IMG/VR virus record: IMGVR_UViG_3300033555_000001 | Coordinates: 133,463 to 197,462 of that record | Length of the DNA: 64,000 nt | DNA from: a virus | Strand: one strand, 5' to 3' | Shown here: positions 47,395 through 56,575 of the stretch, in pieces | Position numbering within the stretch: the first letter of the stretch is position 1 | Layout: every line of letters starts with the position of its first letter | Notes under the pieces: generated by a model | What the model saw: only the letters and a program-made list of their open reading frames with translations | Databases searched by the model: none | What the model was told of the DNA's origin: nothing | Position numbers and translations under genes: made by a program

Positions 47395-50313
47395 TTAGCC
47401 TCGTCTGAGGAGTTGATTAGTAAACTGTTCTGAATCAGCAAATCTAACTGCAGGACGCATGGCTAGCAGCATTGCGTCCGTGGCGTCTGCGTTTCGGGTT
47501 TCAACTGCTAGGTTATCACGCATGACTTGCAACATGCTTGTTAACACTATCATCATATCAGTATTTGTAGGTGTACCAACTGCAGGAACCTCTTTTGCTG
47601 CGACTGGTGGCGGTTCAATTGTATTTACCGTAGCCGGCACAACAGCTTTTGGTATCTGAACCTGCGGCTGGCCCATGATTGCCTGTGCATCTCCGATTAG
47701 GGTTGATGCGCTGAGTGCACCGGCTTGGGCACTTGAAAACTTTACTTGTGCCGCTGTTGCCTTAGTTGTAGCTTCAGTTGTTGCTTTTTCTGATTCAGCG
47801 GCGGCTTGTTGAGCGCTTTTACCCATTTTCTTAAGTGTTTTAGAACTATCGTCCCACAGCATACCCATAGCATTCATGTTTTCTGTTGAAGACTTTTCAA
47901 ACGCCTCACCGCCGCCCTTTAAGTCTTTTACAAGCTGCGAGTCGTTGCTTAAAAACAAACCAAGCACGCTACCAAGGCCACTAAAGAGCCCGCCAAAAAA
48001 ATGCTTAACCATTGCGTTTGCGCCCGCAACAAAAACGTCAAACTTGTTCTGCAACCAGCCGCCTGCGCCGGATCCAAAGACATAACCAAAAACGTCAATT
48101 AAAAAATTAGGAATTGCCGTTAAAAAGGCCGTAACAACTCCGCCTACTCTGTTAAAAAAGCCACCGCTTGGATTTAATGCAATCGCCATTTCACCCGTAA
48201 TTGCCTCTTTTATACCATCTATAATTCCAGCTATAGGCCCAAAAGCTTTGGCCGCGACCTTTAACCCGCCTATAATAGTGCCAATGCCGCCGGTTAGAGC
48301 GCCCGCGGTGCCGGCAAACACACTTCTGATTGCCGCTAGTGCGCCGTTAGAAGAGTTAATGGCCTGCACCCCGCTAATAGACGATTGCACCGCTCGAGGA
48401 ATACCCGTAAGACTCGTGTAGAGGCCACTGGCGCCAGATTTAATAGCCGCCAGTGGATTTAATAGCGTAGAAAGAACTGAACCGGTACCTTGTGCTACTT
48501 TAGCCAGCGCTCCAGTGGCTCCAGCGGCGCCACTGGCACCCTGTGCGCCGGTTGCTAGTGCTCCAGCGGCTCCTTTGATACCTCCGCCGGTCAATAGAGA
48601 TCCCATTAACTTGACTATTGGTCCACGGAATAGGGTAAGCAGTACGCCGCCAACCGCAGCTCCAATAGCAGGCACAATACTTTTTTGTATGCCCTCAGTC
48701 CATGCGGTTAACTTACCAACAGCTCGACCAAAAGAACCTACTGACTTACCAAAATCAGCGTTAGCCGTAGCGGGGCCGCTGTCAGCTGCAAGTGCCGCGG
48801 CATCGCTGGCCTTCCCAACTTGGCCAAGCTTTGTGGCATCAATTTTTGCCCTCAAGTCTTCAATCGCGTGCTGCATGCCTAAATTACCGTTATTTGCCGC
48901 CTCTGCATACAGCGCATTTATTTTCTTAGAAAATTCGCCCTTGCGAGCGACCAATTCCTGGCTTTCTGCTCCAGTAATTGCAGTACCTTTAAGGCCAAGT
49001 TCGGTTATTCGCTGCGCATTTCCAGTATCGCCAGTAAGTGCGCCAAGGTTTAGGATAGCAGCGCGCTGGTCTAATCTTTCTGTAACTGTTGCTCCGCGTG
49101 CGGCAATAAGCGCATTACCAAGCGCTGTTGCTGCCTCGCCGGTTAAACCTAACCTGTTTCCAAGTGTTCTGATCTGTATCAATTCCTGCATTCGCGCCTG
49201 ACGCTGAGCTGGTGCCAAGCCCAACATCTCACGCTGCACCTGTTCATTCTTGCCAAGGCCGTCTACAACTTTTGCAAACTCATCAGTAGTAAGCAGAGTA
49301 GAAGCACGCAGATCTGAGAACGTTTTAATTTGTGCGTCTACAGCGCTACCAAGATCGCTGTTAAGAATACCAAATTCAGTACCGGTAGAGGCCAGTGCAG
49401 CCTGGAATGTTCGCGCTTCAGCTCCAAAGACGCCAATTGTTGCCAGCTGGCCATCGGCGGCCGAAATTAATTTATCGTATTCATTCAGACTGCCCTGACG
49501 CGCGGCGGTGCTGGAGTTCTCACGCACCATTTCGGTGTACTCTTTTAACGACATGCCGGCCCTGGCCGCAAAGAACGACAGATCCGCCAAGTTACCGGCC
49601 GAGCCCAAGCCAAGGCGGGCGAGCGTCAAGTAATCAGCGGTTAATTTTGTTGTTATGTCAATAAGGCCTGAAAATACGGTAACAACTCCACCCGCAACAG
49701 CGCCAAGGCCTGTAAATCGTCCCAACATTTTGTCAACAGTGGTGCCAAACGCTGTAGTAGTACTGTCTAATCGCGTAGGCACTGGCCTGATCGCGCTATC
49801 TGCACCAGCCCGGCGGCGCATGCGCGCCTGTAAAATTCGGGCGGCTTCCTCGGTCGGCGCGTTAGAAGCGGCTCGCGGCGTTGCTGCTGCAGCTGCACCG
49901 TTTAAACCGAGTCCTTTTAATCTTGTGGCTGCTCCGCGCAACACGCCCATGAGCGAGTCAATTAAACCACTGCCGGTACCGCCGGATGTTGGTGTAGCCC
50001 CACCCTTTGCCGCGGTAAGTGTACCTTTAAATTTGGCCATTTCAGAGGCAAGGGAGCCAAATCCGGTGGTTGTGCGGCCAACTGACGTGTTTAAGCTTAC
50101 TAAGCTTTTATTCAGCCCGAGCAGTGCGTCATTTGTATTCTTAGCTGTTAAGGCAATAGCTGTAAAAACTCGGGTGCCGGCGCGAATAGCTCCAGCGTTT
50201 TTTGCCTGCTCTGCTTTGTCTGCTGAAGATGGAAGCCGCCCGCCCGAGCCCGCCATTGCATTGCTGAGCAGTGTTTTGATATTTTCTAGCGTTTTAAGGA
50301 TTTGTTCATCCAT
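47395..50313 (-). CDS. tape-measure-like protein
   Basis: 972 aa, Ala/Gly-rich, predicted helical with hydrophobic Gly-rich segments. Divergent from the gp26/gp51-like pair. Confidence 0.65.
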   Translation of the reverse strand: MDEQILKTLENIKTLLSNAMAGSGGRLPSSADKAEQAKNAGAIRAGTRVFTAIALTAKNTNDALLGLNKSLVSLNTSVGRTTTGFGSLASEMAKFKGTLTAAKGGATPTSGGTGSGLIDSLMGVLRGAATRLKGLGLNGAAAAATPRAASNAPTEEAARILQARMRRRAGADSAIRPVPTRLDSTTTAFGTTVDKMLGRFTGLGAVAGGVVTVFSGLIDITTKLTADYLTLARLGLGSAGNLADLSFFAARAGMSLKEYTEMVRENSSTAARQGSLNEYDKLISAADGQLATIGVFGAEARTFQAALASTGTEFGILNSDLGSAVDAQIKTFSDLRASTLLTTDEFAKVVDGLGKNEQVQREMLGLAPAQRQARMQELIQIRTLGNRLGLTGEAATALGNALIAARGATVTERLDQRAAILNLGALTGDTGNAQRITELGLKGTAITGAESQELVARKGEFSKKINALYAEAANNGNLGMQHAIEDLRAKIDATKLGQVGKASDAAALAADSGPATANADFGKSVGSFGRAVGKLTAWTEGIQKSIVPAIGAAVGGVLLTLFRGPIVKLMGSLLTGGGIKGAAGALATGAQGASGAAGATGALAKVAQGTGSVLSTLLNPLAAIKSGASGLYTSLTGIPRAVQSSISGVQAINSSNGALAAIRSVFAGTAGALTGGIGTIIGGLKVAAKAFGPIAGIIDGIKEAITGEMAIALNPSGGFFNRVGGVVTAFLTAIPNFLIDVFGYVFGSGAGGWLQNKFDVFVAGANAMVKHFFGGLFSGLGSVLGLFLSNDSQLVKDLKGGGEAFEKSSTENMNAMGMLWDDSSKTLKKMGKSAQQAAAESEKATTEATTKATAAQVKFSSAQAGALSASTLIGDAQAIMGQPQVQIPKAVVPATVNTIEPPPVAAKEVPAVGTPTNTDMMIVLTSMLQVMRDNLAVETRNADATDAMLLAMRPAVRFADSEQFTNQLLRRG

Positions 50314-50347
50314 CCTGGGTGTCCGGTAAGCCCTTAACAGGGCAGCG

Positions 50348-50366
50348 TAAATAGGTGATCTATTTA
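50348..50366. promoter_or_regulatory. face-to-face TAAATA late-promoter motifs serving the divergent genes
   Basis: TAAATAG-GTGAT-CTATTTA: the motif occurs on both strands between 50313(-) and 50386(+). Confidence 0.7.
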
Positions 50367-50385
50367 GATAAGAGGACTACGTCAC

Positions 50386-51174
50386 ATGTCTGACACTCAA
50401 AACCCGCTGCTGGCCAAGATTAAATTGCCAGGCCGCACATTCCAGCTCCCATCCCGTGGTGCAATGTACAACAATGGTGAATTAGCAGCAGATTCGCCAA
50501 CCGGCGAAATTCAAGTATATCCGCTAAGCGCTCTTGCTGAAATAAATTTAAAGAACCCTGATTTGCTGTTTAACGGCCAGGCATTGGTTGCTGTGCTGAA
50601 TGAGTGCGTTCCAGCAATTAAAAAGCCGCTAGACATGTTTGGGCGAGATGTTGACGCGCTGCTGTTCTTCTTGCGACTAGCAACGTACGGCCAAGAGTAT
50701 CGGATTGAAGTAAAGCACGATTGCGCAGAGGCTAAACAACACGCCTATGCGGTTAATTTAGAAGAAGTAATCCAGCGCATGGTATTTCTTGACCCAACAG
50801 TTATTGCCAGTAAACAGACGGTGGTGCTGTCAAATGGCCAGACCGTTTATACTCGCCCAATGAAGTTCAGCGATATTATTGCGCTCTTTCATAAGAGCGG
50901 CAGCAAAAAAGAACTTACCCCAGATGACATCAAAGAACTTGCTGTTACTAATCTTATGTCAATGATCGAGCGAGTTGAGGATATTACTAACGCAGCTATG
51001 ATTGAAGAGTGGGTGCGCACGCTTACGACTCCAATGTTTAATCGAATTACTGAGGCTGCAAACGAGCTCAACAGTTGGGGTCCTGAGCAAGTGGTAGAAA
51101 TCAAGTGCAAAGACTGCCACGGAACAATGCGCGTAGAGCTGCCGCTGAATCCTGTATCTTTTTTCACCGAATGA
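50386..51174 (+). CDS. baseplate hub assembly protein (T4 gp26-like)
   Basis: NPLL...LPSRG..Y, PDLLFNG, DVDALLFFLRLATYG, IKCKDC and a terminal NPVSFF. Confidence 0.8.
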   Translation: MSDTQNPLLAKIKLPGRTFQLPSRGAMYNNGELAADSPTGEIQVYPLSALAEINLKNPDLLFNGQALVAVLNECVPAIKKPLDMFGRDVDALLFFLRLATYGQEYRIEVKHDCAEAKQHAYAVNLEEVIQRMVFLDPTVIASKQTVVLSNGQTVYTRPMKFSDIIALFHKSGSKKELTPDDIKELAVTNLMSMIERVEDITNAAMIEEWVRTLTTPMFNRITEAANELNSWGPEQVVEIKCKDCHGTMRVELPLNPVSFFTE

Positions 51175-51401
51175 TTTTGGATGGCGATCGCACCAAAATC
51201 ATAAACATGATCGATAGAATGTCCCTGGATGTCAAGGCGCTTATTCAGTGCGCACTTGATATTGCAACACATACTAGAGGCGGCGTGCCGTACGAGACCG
51301 CACTTAACATGTCAGCTTTTGAGCGTGATCTGGCAATTGAGGGAATTAATAAGAGATTAGAGGCTGCGTCTAAGTCTCCATTTGGTGGCATGATGATGTA
51401 A
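51171..51401 (+). CDS. gp51-like small hub/tail assembly protein
   Basis: ATGA overlap with the gp26-like stop. RGGVPYETALNMSAFERDLAIE pattern. Confidence 0.7.
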   Translation: MILDGDRTKIINMIDRMSLDVKALIQCALDIATHTRGGVPYETALNMSAFERDLAIEGINKRLEAASKSPFGGMMM

Positions 51402-51402
51402 T

Positions 51403-51430
51403 AAAAGGGGATCTTATAAGATCCCCTTTT
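51403..51430. terminator. bidirectional terminator between convergent genes
   Basis: AAAAGGGGATCTTATAAGATCCCCTTTT is a perfect inverted repeat. Confidence 0.85.
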
Positions 51431-51462
51431 CTTTTATTCGGCATTTAGGTTAATGTCAAGTA

Positions 51463-52713
51463 CTACGCCGTAAGACGAAGGTTTAATTTCTTCATGATTT
51501 CTGGCAGCCGATCCAAATACTGCTGAGGCACGCCATCTAGCCCATCATGCACCATAATTCCATGCTGATCAACAGCTTCCCAGAGCGCATATCTGGCGCG
51601 GCGTTCCCACGCAAAGTACCCACTGAATACCGATTTTATATTTTGCCTGTTAGGCGCACGCTTGAGCAGTCCAAGACAGGCGTATTTTCTGGCAGCCGAG
51701 AACTGCGCAGCAATTCGCTGCAGGCGAGCACCAATTAACATTAACTCAGACGTAGTAGCGTGTGGCGCAGCTTTGAGAATAATATCAGCGGTGAGTGAAA
51801 AGCCCGATCCGTTGGTTAGTAGTGTTGGGGAAATCTTTGAACCATTAGCCAGGCTCATGAGCACTTGCTTGATGGTACCGCGGTATTGATCAGTATACGG
51901 GTGCTGCAAAATCTGTAAACACAGCTCTTCCCTAAACGATTCTTTATCTTCAAGCAGCCGCAACAAATCTGGAAACATCAGCCGCAGCGCGTTAGATCGA
52001 TCGTGAAATGCTACTTCCAAGTGCTCCATTAAAAACTGCACATACGCAGAGTCAAGATCAATTCCCTGACCAAAGAGCATTTCTCTGAGCCAACCAGGCC
52101 AGGTTTCAACCGCGGCGATTGGCCACACTGAAGTATCTCGTAGCTGCAATTTACCACTGCGTGCAAAATAAAAGTTTATTTCTGGTGGCTGCCGTAATAA
52201 CCAAATAAGCTGTGGGATAATTTCTGGCCGGCCGGTTGATAACAGCCGGTTAATTATTACTGACTGATTGAGATTGGGCTGCAGATAGACTTTTGAAATA
52301 GCCGCATTTTCCGGCCTGACTCCTGGCTCGTAGTGCAGCTCAGTGGTTACGGCGTTAACCAGTTCTAAATCTGTGCGACTCAGTGTGCGAGGCACAAGAG
52401 TGCTCAGCTCCATGTTCTCTTCGCCAAGATTAAACCCAAGCTGCTTTATGGTGAAAAAGTAATCAAGGGCCGGTCGGTAATCGCGTACTTGATCCCTGAG
52501 ATCCATTAGCCGCACTTGTACTTCACAGAAGCCCCGCGGCTTGCCGGATTTAATTGCTCCACGATACAAGTTCGCAAGCCATAAGATTAAGTCCTGGCGA
52601 GCCTCAATTTTTCCACGATGCAGTCGCTGCAGATCAGGCCAAAACTGCGTCCAGTGCAGGGGGTGATTGTGTGGCAAAGCGCCGGTGATGTTTAGCTTGT
52701 ATGGACGTGTCAT
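51463..52713 (-). CDS. hypothetical protein with PolA/T7-like palm motifs
   Basis: P..LRE.LF...IDLDSAY (motif A-like), RGTIKQVLMSLANG (motif B-like) and IMVHDGL (motif C-like). Confidence 0.5.
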   Translation of the reverse strand: MTRPYKLNITGALPHNHPLHWTQFWPDLQRLHRGKIEARQDLILWLANLYRGAIKSGKPRGFCEVQVRLMDLRDQVRDYRPALDYFFTIKQLGFNLGEENMELSTLVPRTLSRTDLELVNAVTTELHYEPGVRPENAAISKVYLQPNLNQSVIINRLLSTGRPEIIPQLIWLLRQPPEINFYFARSGKLQLRDTSVWPIAAVETWPGWLREMLFGQGIDLDSAYVQFLMEHLEVAFHDRSNALRLMFPDLLRLLEDKESFREELCLQILQHPYTDQYRGTIKQVLMSLANGSKISPTLLTNGSGFSLTADIILKAAPHATTSELMLIGARLQRIAAQFSAARKYACLGLLKRAPNRQNIKSVFSGYFAWERRARYALWEAVDQHGIMVHDGLDGVPQQYLDRLPEIMKKLNLRLTA

Positions 52714-52741
52714 GCTGTAATTGTATCATCTTCTAGATGCT

Positions 52742-52765
52742 AAAAAGGGCATACAGTGTATGCCC
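52742..52765 (-). terminator. intrinsic terminator
   Basis: GGGCATAC-loop-GTATGCCC followed by TTTTT on the minus strand. Confidence 0.75.
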
Positions 52766-52789
52766 CTCTGGTTATTCAAACTGCAGAAA

Positions 52790-53017
52790 TTAGGGGAAAG
52801 CGCCTAACCAATACCCAATGCCGTGAATAACTCCAATTGGAAACAGCAAGGCTCCGGCAATTAACAGGATCCAAAAACCTGCTTTAATTGAAACCACAAT
52901 GTGCGTCAGCCATGCCGCAAAAATGATAACTGGAAGAGCAACAAATAGTAGCACCGTTGCCACCGCACCTTTCTTGCTAAAGAATGAGTTAAAGCTAGAG
53001 CTAATCCTGTTAAACAT
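52790..53017 (-). CDS. small two-TM membrane protein
   Basis: MFNRISS...AAWLTHIVVSI...WILLIAGALLFPIGVIHGIGYW. Confidence 0.6.
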   Translation of the reverse strand: MFNRISSSFNSFFSKKGAVATVLLFVALPVIIFAAWLTHIVVSIKAGFWILLIAGALLFPIGVIHGIGYWLGAFP

Positions 53018-53219
53018 TAGCTGCCGGCGGTGCAGTACCCTGCCGCACGCTCTTTTTAAGAGCCAAATATGCGCCACGAAAAGTATTACTGTTTACGGTG
53101 ACCGTGCCACGCTTGTCCCGTGTGTACGCCACGGCTTTGACGTCGACGCCCTGTGCAATTGCAGCTTTTTCTAGATTACGGGTAACTTTGCGCAGGCTTT
53201 TTGCTGTTTTAGCGTTCAT
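53010..53219 (-). CDS. small basic hypothetical protein
   Basis: MNAKTAKSLRK...RGAYLALKK, with a strong GAGGAG SD. Confidence 0.7.
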   Translation of the reverse strand: MNAKTAKSLRKVTRNLEKAAIAQGVDVKAVAYTRDKRGTVTVNSNTFRGAYLALKKSVRQGTAPPAANV

Positions 53220-53278
53220 TGTGTGCTCCTCTTAAAAATACTATTTTAGCCTGTATTGAATTTTAAGAGAGAGCCTTT

Positions 53279-53677
53279 TTAGGTTGATGCTTTTGCTGCC
53301 TTGGCTTTAACTCTGGCGCGCTTTGTTTTAAGCTTTCGACGTTCTGCTTTTTCTTCAGGGGTGAAGTGCGTAGGGTGAATCAGTGCAGTTTGATTTGCGG
53401 CGTGCGTGCTAAGATAATTACCGGCCCCGTGCAAAAAGGCGATTAGCTGTGCGGGTTTCATGCCATATCGCGGCGCGCCATTTTCCACTTTTCCGAGCAA
53501 ACTATTACAACTGCGGTGCAGCACGGCTCGAACGTGTCCGCCTTTATGGCAGTGATCTAGCACCGCCTCTTCTGGAGTGCAAACTAAGTTGCAAATAGCA
53601 CAAAACCCGCCTTGCTGTTCGTGCATCAGCGTGCGGGTTTTCTTTACACCGGTAGTCTTAAGTTTTGTAGGAGTCAT
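53279..53677 (-). CDS. recombination endonuclease VII-like resolvase (T4 gp49-like)
   Basis: QGGFCAIC...LDHCH..GHVRAVLHRSCNSLLGKVEN...HP. Confidence 0.85.
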   Translation of the reverse strand: MTPTKLKTTGVKKTRTLMHEQQGGFCAICNLVCTPEEAVLDHCHKGGHVRAVLHRSCNSLLGKVENGAPRYGMKPAQLIAFLHGAGNYLSTHAANQTALIHPTHFTPEEKAERRKLKTKRARVKAKAAKAST

Positions 53678-53680
53678 CCC

Positions 53681-53953
53681 CTATTTAACTGGGCTCTGCT
53701 CACCCCAAATTTCCATTTCTTCTGGTTCACCCGTAACGATTAATGTTTTACCGCTTGCTTTTATAATACCATATTCACCATCGTCCCAAATTTCTTGAGG
53801 ATCGGGAATGATTGTAACTTTACGTGTAATATAGCAAAATCCATCTCGGGCTGTTGGAAATTTATTTGAAAAGTACCGCTCATTGTCTCGCTGAGTAATA
53901 TAAATTTTAGCAGAGGCAGTGCGCGGTTTTTCTAAGATTTCTGATAATTTCAC
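53681..53953 (-). CDS. hypothetical protein, candidate internal head protein
   Basis: N-terminus MKLSEILE-K. Confidence 0.6.
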   Translation of the reverse strand: MKLSEILEKPRTASAKIYITQRDNERYFSNKFPTARDGFCYITRKVTIIPDPQEIWDDGEYGIIKASGKTLIVTGEPEEMEIWGEQSPVK

Positions 53954-54414
53954 GGCGACTTCTTCAATGAAGACTCAAAGGTAGAGGCTTCTTCAATTTC
54001 AAAGTTAAACGAATTATCAGTTACTCGCTTGACGACGTAATCACCATCATTTAGCTGCGCGGTCATACTGTTTTCAAGTTGAACTTCAATTGTATCTCCG
54101 GAGTACTTAAACGCTGAAATTTTAAGTGGATCCATGTAGACGGTAAAACCCTCGGCATCAGCCGTTTGATTAGGGCGAATTGGAGCCAGTGTTTTAGAGA
54201 GTTCAACCGCGCTAAACGTGCCAAACGGTTTTGATGTTGTACCAACCACGCTCAAGACCTCGTACGTTACTGGCTTTGTATCCAGTGGGCGAACCATGTA
54301 AGTAAGGGTTGATACGTACTTTGAAACTTCGGATTCGTTATTTGACCACAGGTCTTCTACGGCAACTTTTTCAATTGCCGCTTCAAAGATAGGTTTTAGA
54401 TCTGATAATTTCAT
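53950..54414 (-). CDS. hypothetical protein, candidate internal head protein
   Basis: N-terminus MKLSDLKPIFE-A. TAAATA and an AGGAG SD upstream. Confidence 0.7.
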   Translation of the reverse strand: MKLSDLKPIFEAAIEKVAVEDLWSNNESEVSKYVSTLTYMVRPLDTKPVTYEVLSVVGTTSKPFGTFSAVELSKTLAPIRPNQTADAEGFTVYMDPLKISAFKYSGDTIEVQLENSMTAQLNDGDYVVKRVTDNSFNFEIEEASTFESSLKKSP

Positions 54415-54421
54415 GACTGCT

Positions 54422-54454
54422 CCTGTAAGATCAGATATTTAGCCCTCTATGATC
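54422..54454. repeat. 33-bp direct repeat copy 1 (partner 54819..54851)
   Basis: CCTGTAAGATCAG(A/G)TATTTAGCCCTCTATGATC, one mismatch between copies. Confidence 0.9.
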
Positions 54455-54472
54455 TTGATAAGTCTACGGTGT

Positions 54473-54811
54473 TTAATAAAGTGGTTTTTTCTTAGTGAAA
54501 ATTACATCGAACGAATTATCATTCTGTTCAAAACGAAACATCGCCCAACCAGCAGCTTTTTCTTTTGCTATTGCTAAATTAAATGTCGCTTTATAAACAT
54601 CAGGCGTGGTATTTTTTGGCATCTTAATAAGTTTTGATTTGACGTCGCAGCCAGCGTTGTATAACTTCATCAGCTTGGTGGCGTCGGCACGCGACATCCA
54701 TATATTGGCTGCAGAACCTTTGTCTTCAAGAAACTCATAGAAGCCGTCAAGATCGGTAAATGCAAATCGCAATTTGGCTTCGGTAATTTGTAATAGCTGC
54801 TTCAATATCAT
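54473..54811 (-). CDS. hypothetical protein between the direct repeats, candidate internal head protein
   Basis: N-terminus MILKQLLQITE-A. TAAATA upstream. Confidence 0.7.
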   Translation of the reverse strand: MILKQLLQITEAKLRFAFTDLDGFYEFLEDKGSAANIWMSRADATKLMKLYNAGCDVKSKLIKMPKNTTPDVYKATFNLAIAKEKAAGWAMFRFEQNDNSFDVIFTKKKPLY

Positions 54812-54818
54812 AATTCCC

Positions 54819-54851
54819 CCTGTAAGATCAGGTATTTAGCCCTCTATGATC
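54819..54851. repeat. 33-bp direct repeat copy 2
   Basis: Spans the gp46 C-terminal codons (IIEG*) and the TAAATA motif. Confidence 0.9.
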
Positions 54852-56575
54852 GTACTAAACCCGTGATGCTTTTGTATTGTCATTGACCGATCTAATCGAC
54901 CTTGGATATTTTGATGATGACTGATAACATAGATACCAAGATCCTCGTCACGGCTCTTTTCTTTTAGAATCCTGACAATTGCGTCAATTCCCGCGCTGTC
55001 AAGTGCGCCATCCAGCTCGTCAATCAGGAGCAGATTACATTTGGCGTGCAAGTGGTGCAACACGTCTCTGAACGCCAGGGCCATGCCGGTATTGACGCGC
55101 TTCTTTTCGCCGGCTGACAAGTTACCAAAGTCAAGGTCTCGCCCAAACTCAGACACAGTACAGCTCAGGTCAGCGTCAAATTTCACAATGTGCGGCAGCC
55201 CAAGCTTAGCCGTGTAGTTGTTGATTCGACTGTTCAAGAACGGAATGGTTCGGCTAATAATTCGCCGGCGCAGAAATGAATCTTTAGAGGTAAGCAGCTT
55301 TAGCAGAAACGCCTGATGTTCTAATCGTTTTTTCAGAGCATCAACTTTTTCAGGTTCTGCTGCTTGTGCAGTTTCAGCGCTTAACTGCTTAAACGCTTCA
55401 GTGTGCGGATTAACTGCGGTGGCTAAATCACCAAGCTTTACGGTCATGACTGATGAATTTTCACGGGCGGCCAAGAGCTCTTTCAAGTTACTGTGCTTGA
55501 TAGCGCCTTCAACTTCAGCGAGCCGCTGTGCATGGGACTGCACCTGTAGAGCCAGGTCGCCTACCACTTCCTCAACCTCCAGCAGTCTGGCGCCTTTAGC
55601 TTCAATGGCCGCATCCAGTTCTGTGAGCTTTTTTGGAGCATCAGCAAATTGCTGCAAACAGTACGGGCAATTTGCTTTAGCCAAGTGCGTCTGCTCGCTG
55701 AGTAGCCTTTCTACTTCAGCGGTGAGTAACTGCCGATCTTTTTTGGCTGGGGCCAGCTTAGAGTTTAGTTGTGCACCCTCTTGCGCCAGAGCAGTGCGCT
55801 CGTCATGCAGTAACTGCTCAAGCTCAAAGTCAACTGTGCCAAGCACCGCCAGGGTTTTTTCAATACTGGCTATTTCTTGCTGGCGCGTAACTTCCCAGCG
55901 ATCTACTCTACTTGAGGCATCTGTAATCTGCTTTTGATGCAGTTCTGCTGCTGTTAATTGCTGCTTGAGTACCGCCTCTTGTACTTTTAAATCGCTCTCT
56001 GTTTCGCGAATCAGCTCTTTGAGCACTTTTGCTTTTTCAGACAGGAGTGTAATGTTAAACAGTTCTTCAATTTGATTGCGCTGCGCTGCGGTTGGCAGCT
56101 GCAAAAACGCCACTGAGTTACCGGAGAAAATAATAGTCTTGGTAAAGAGATCATAAGAAATTCCAATGATCTCCTCGATCATTTTATCGCACTCAATTAC
56201 GCTTTTACCTGGTGTAATGTCATCGCCGTTCTTCCACAGGTTAATTGTAAAGTGCTCACCACGTGTTCGTAAAATTTCATACTCATCACCGCCCCGCTCA
56301 AATGACAGGCGTACTTCCATGAGTGTGTTCTTTGATGCGTTTGTGCTGTTAATCAACCGCTGTAGACTGATATTGTCAAACGGCTTGTTGTACAGCGCGT
56401 AACACAGCGCGTTAATGATTGTAGTTTTGCCAGCGCCATTTGAGCCGCCAACGTCTAGATTTTGGCCATCAATAGTTACAGTGCCAGGCTCGGCCAGATT
56501 TATTACGGTATCATTTTGGCCGAACGATAGAAAGTTTCTGAGCGTCAAGTCCCTGAAATACAGTGTACTGCTCAT
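54836..56575 (-). CDS. gp46: SbcC/Rad50-like recombination ATPase (T4 gp46-like)
   Basis: NFLSFG, Walker A GSNGAGKTT, CPYC zinc hook, LSAGEKKR signature, Walker B LLLIDE and VISH. Confidence 0.95.
   Translation of the reverse strand: MSSTLYFRDLTLRNFLSFGQNDTVINLAEPGTVTIDGQNLDVGGSNGAGKTTIINALCYALYNKPFDNISLQRLINSTNASKNTLMEVRLSFERGGDEYEILRTRGEHFTINLWKNGDDITPGKSVIECDKMIEEIIGISYDLFTKTIIFSGNSVAFLQLPTAAQRNQIEELFNITLLSEKAKVLKELIRETESDLKVQEAVLKQQLTAAELHQKQITDASSRVDRWEVTRQQEIASIEKTLAVLGTVDFELEQLLHDERTALAQEGAQLNSKLAPAKKDRQLLTAEVERLLSEQTHLAKANCPYCLQQFADAPKKLTELDAAIEAKGARLLEVEEVVGDLALQVQSHAQRLAEVEGAIKHSNLKELLAARENSSVMTVKLGDLATAVNPHTEAFKQLSAETAQAAEPEKVDALKKRLEHQAFLLKLLTSKDSFLRRRIISRTIPFLNSRINNYTAKLGLPHIVKFDADLSCTVSEFGRDLDFGNLSAGEKKRVNTGMALAFRDVLHHLHAKCNLLLIDELDGALDSAGIDAIVRILKEKSRDEDLGIYVISHHQNIQGRLDRSMTIQKHHGFSTIIEG

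Noticed and set aside
48515..50329. Plus-strand ORFs of 224-228 aa
   Set aside because: Antisense shadows of the Gly/Ala-rich tape-measure-like gene.
52790..53017. Two-TM protein as the missing holin
   Set aside because: It lies ~50 kb from the lysis genes with no late motif, and hydrophobicity alone is not enough.
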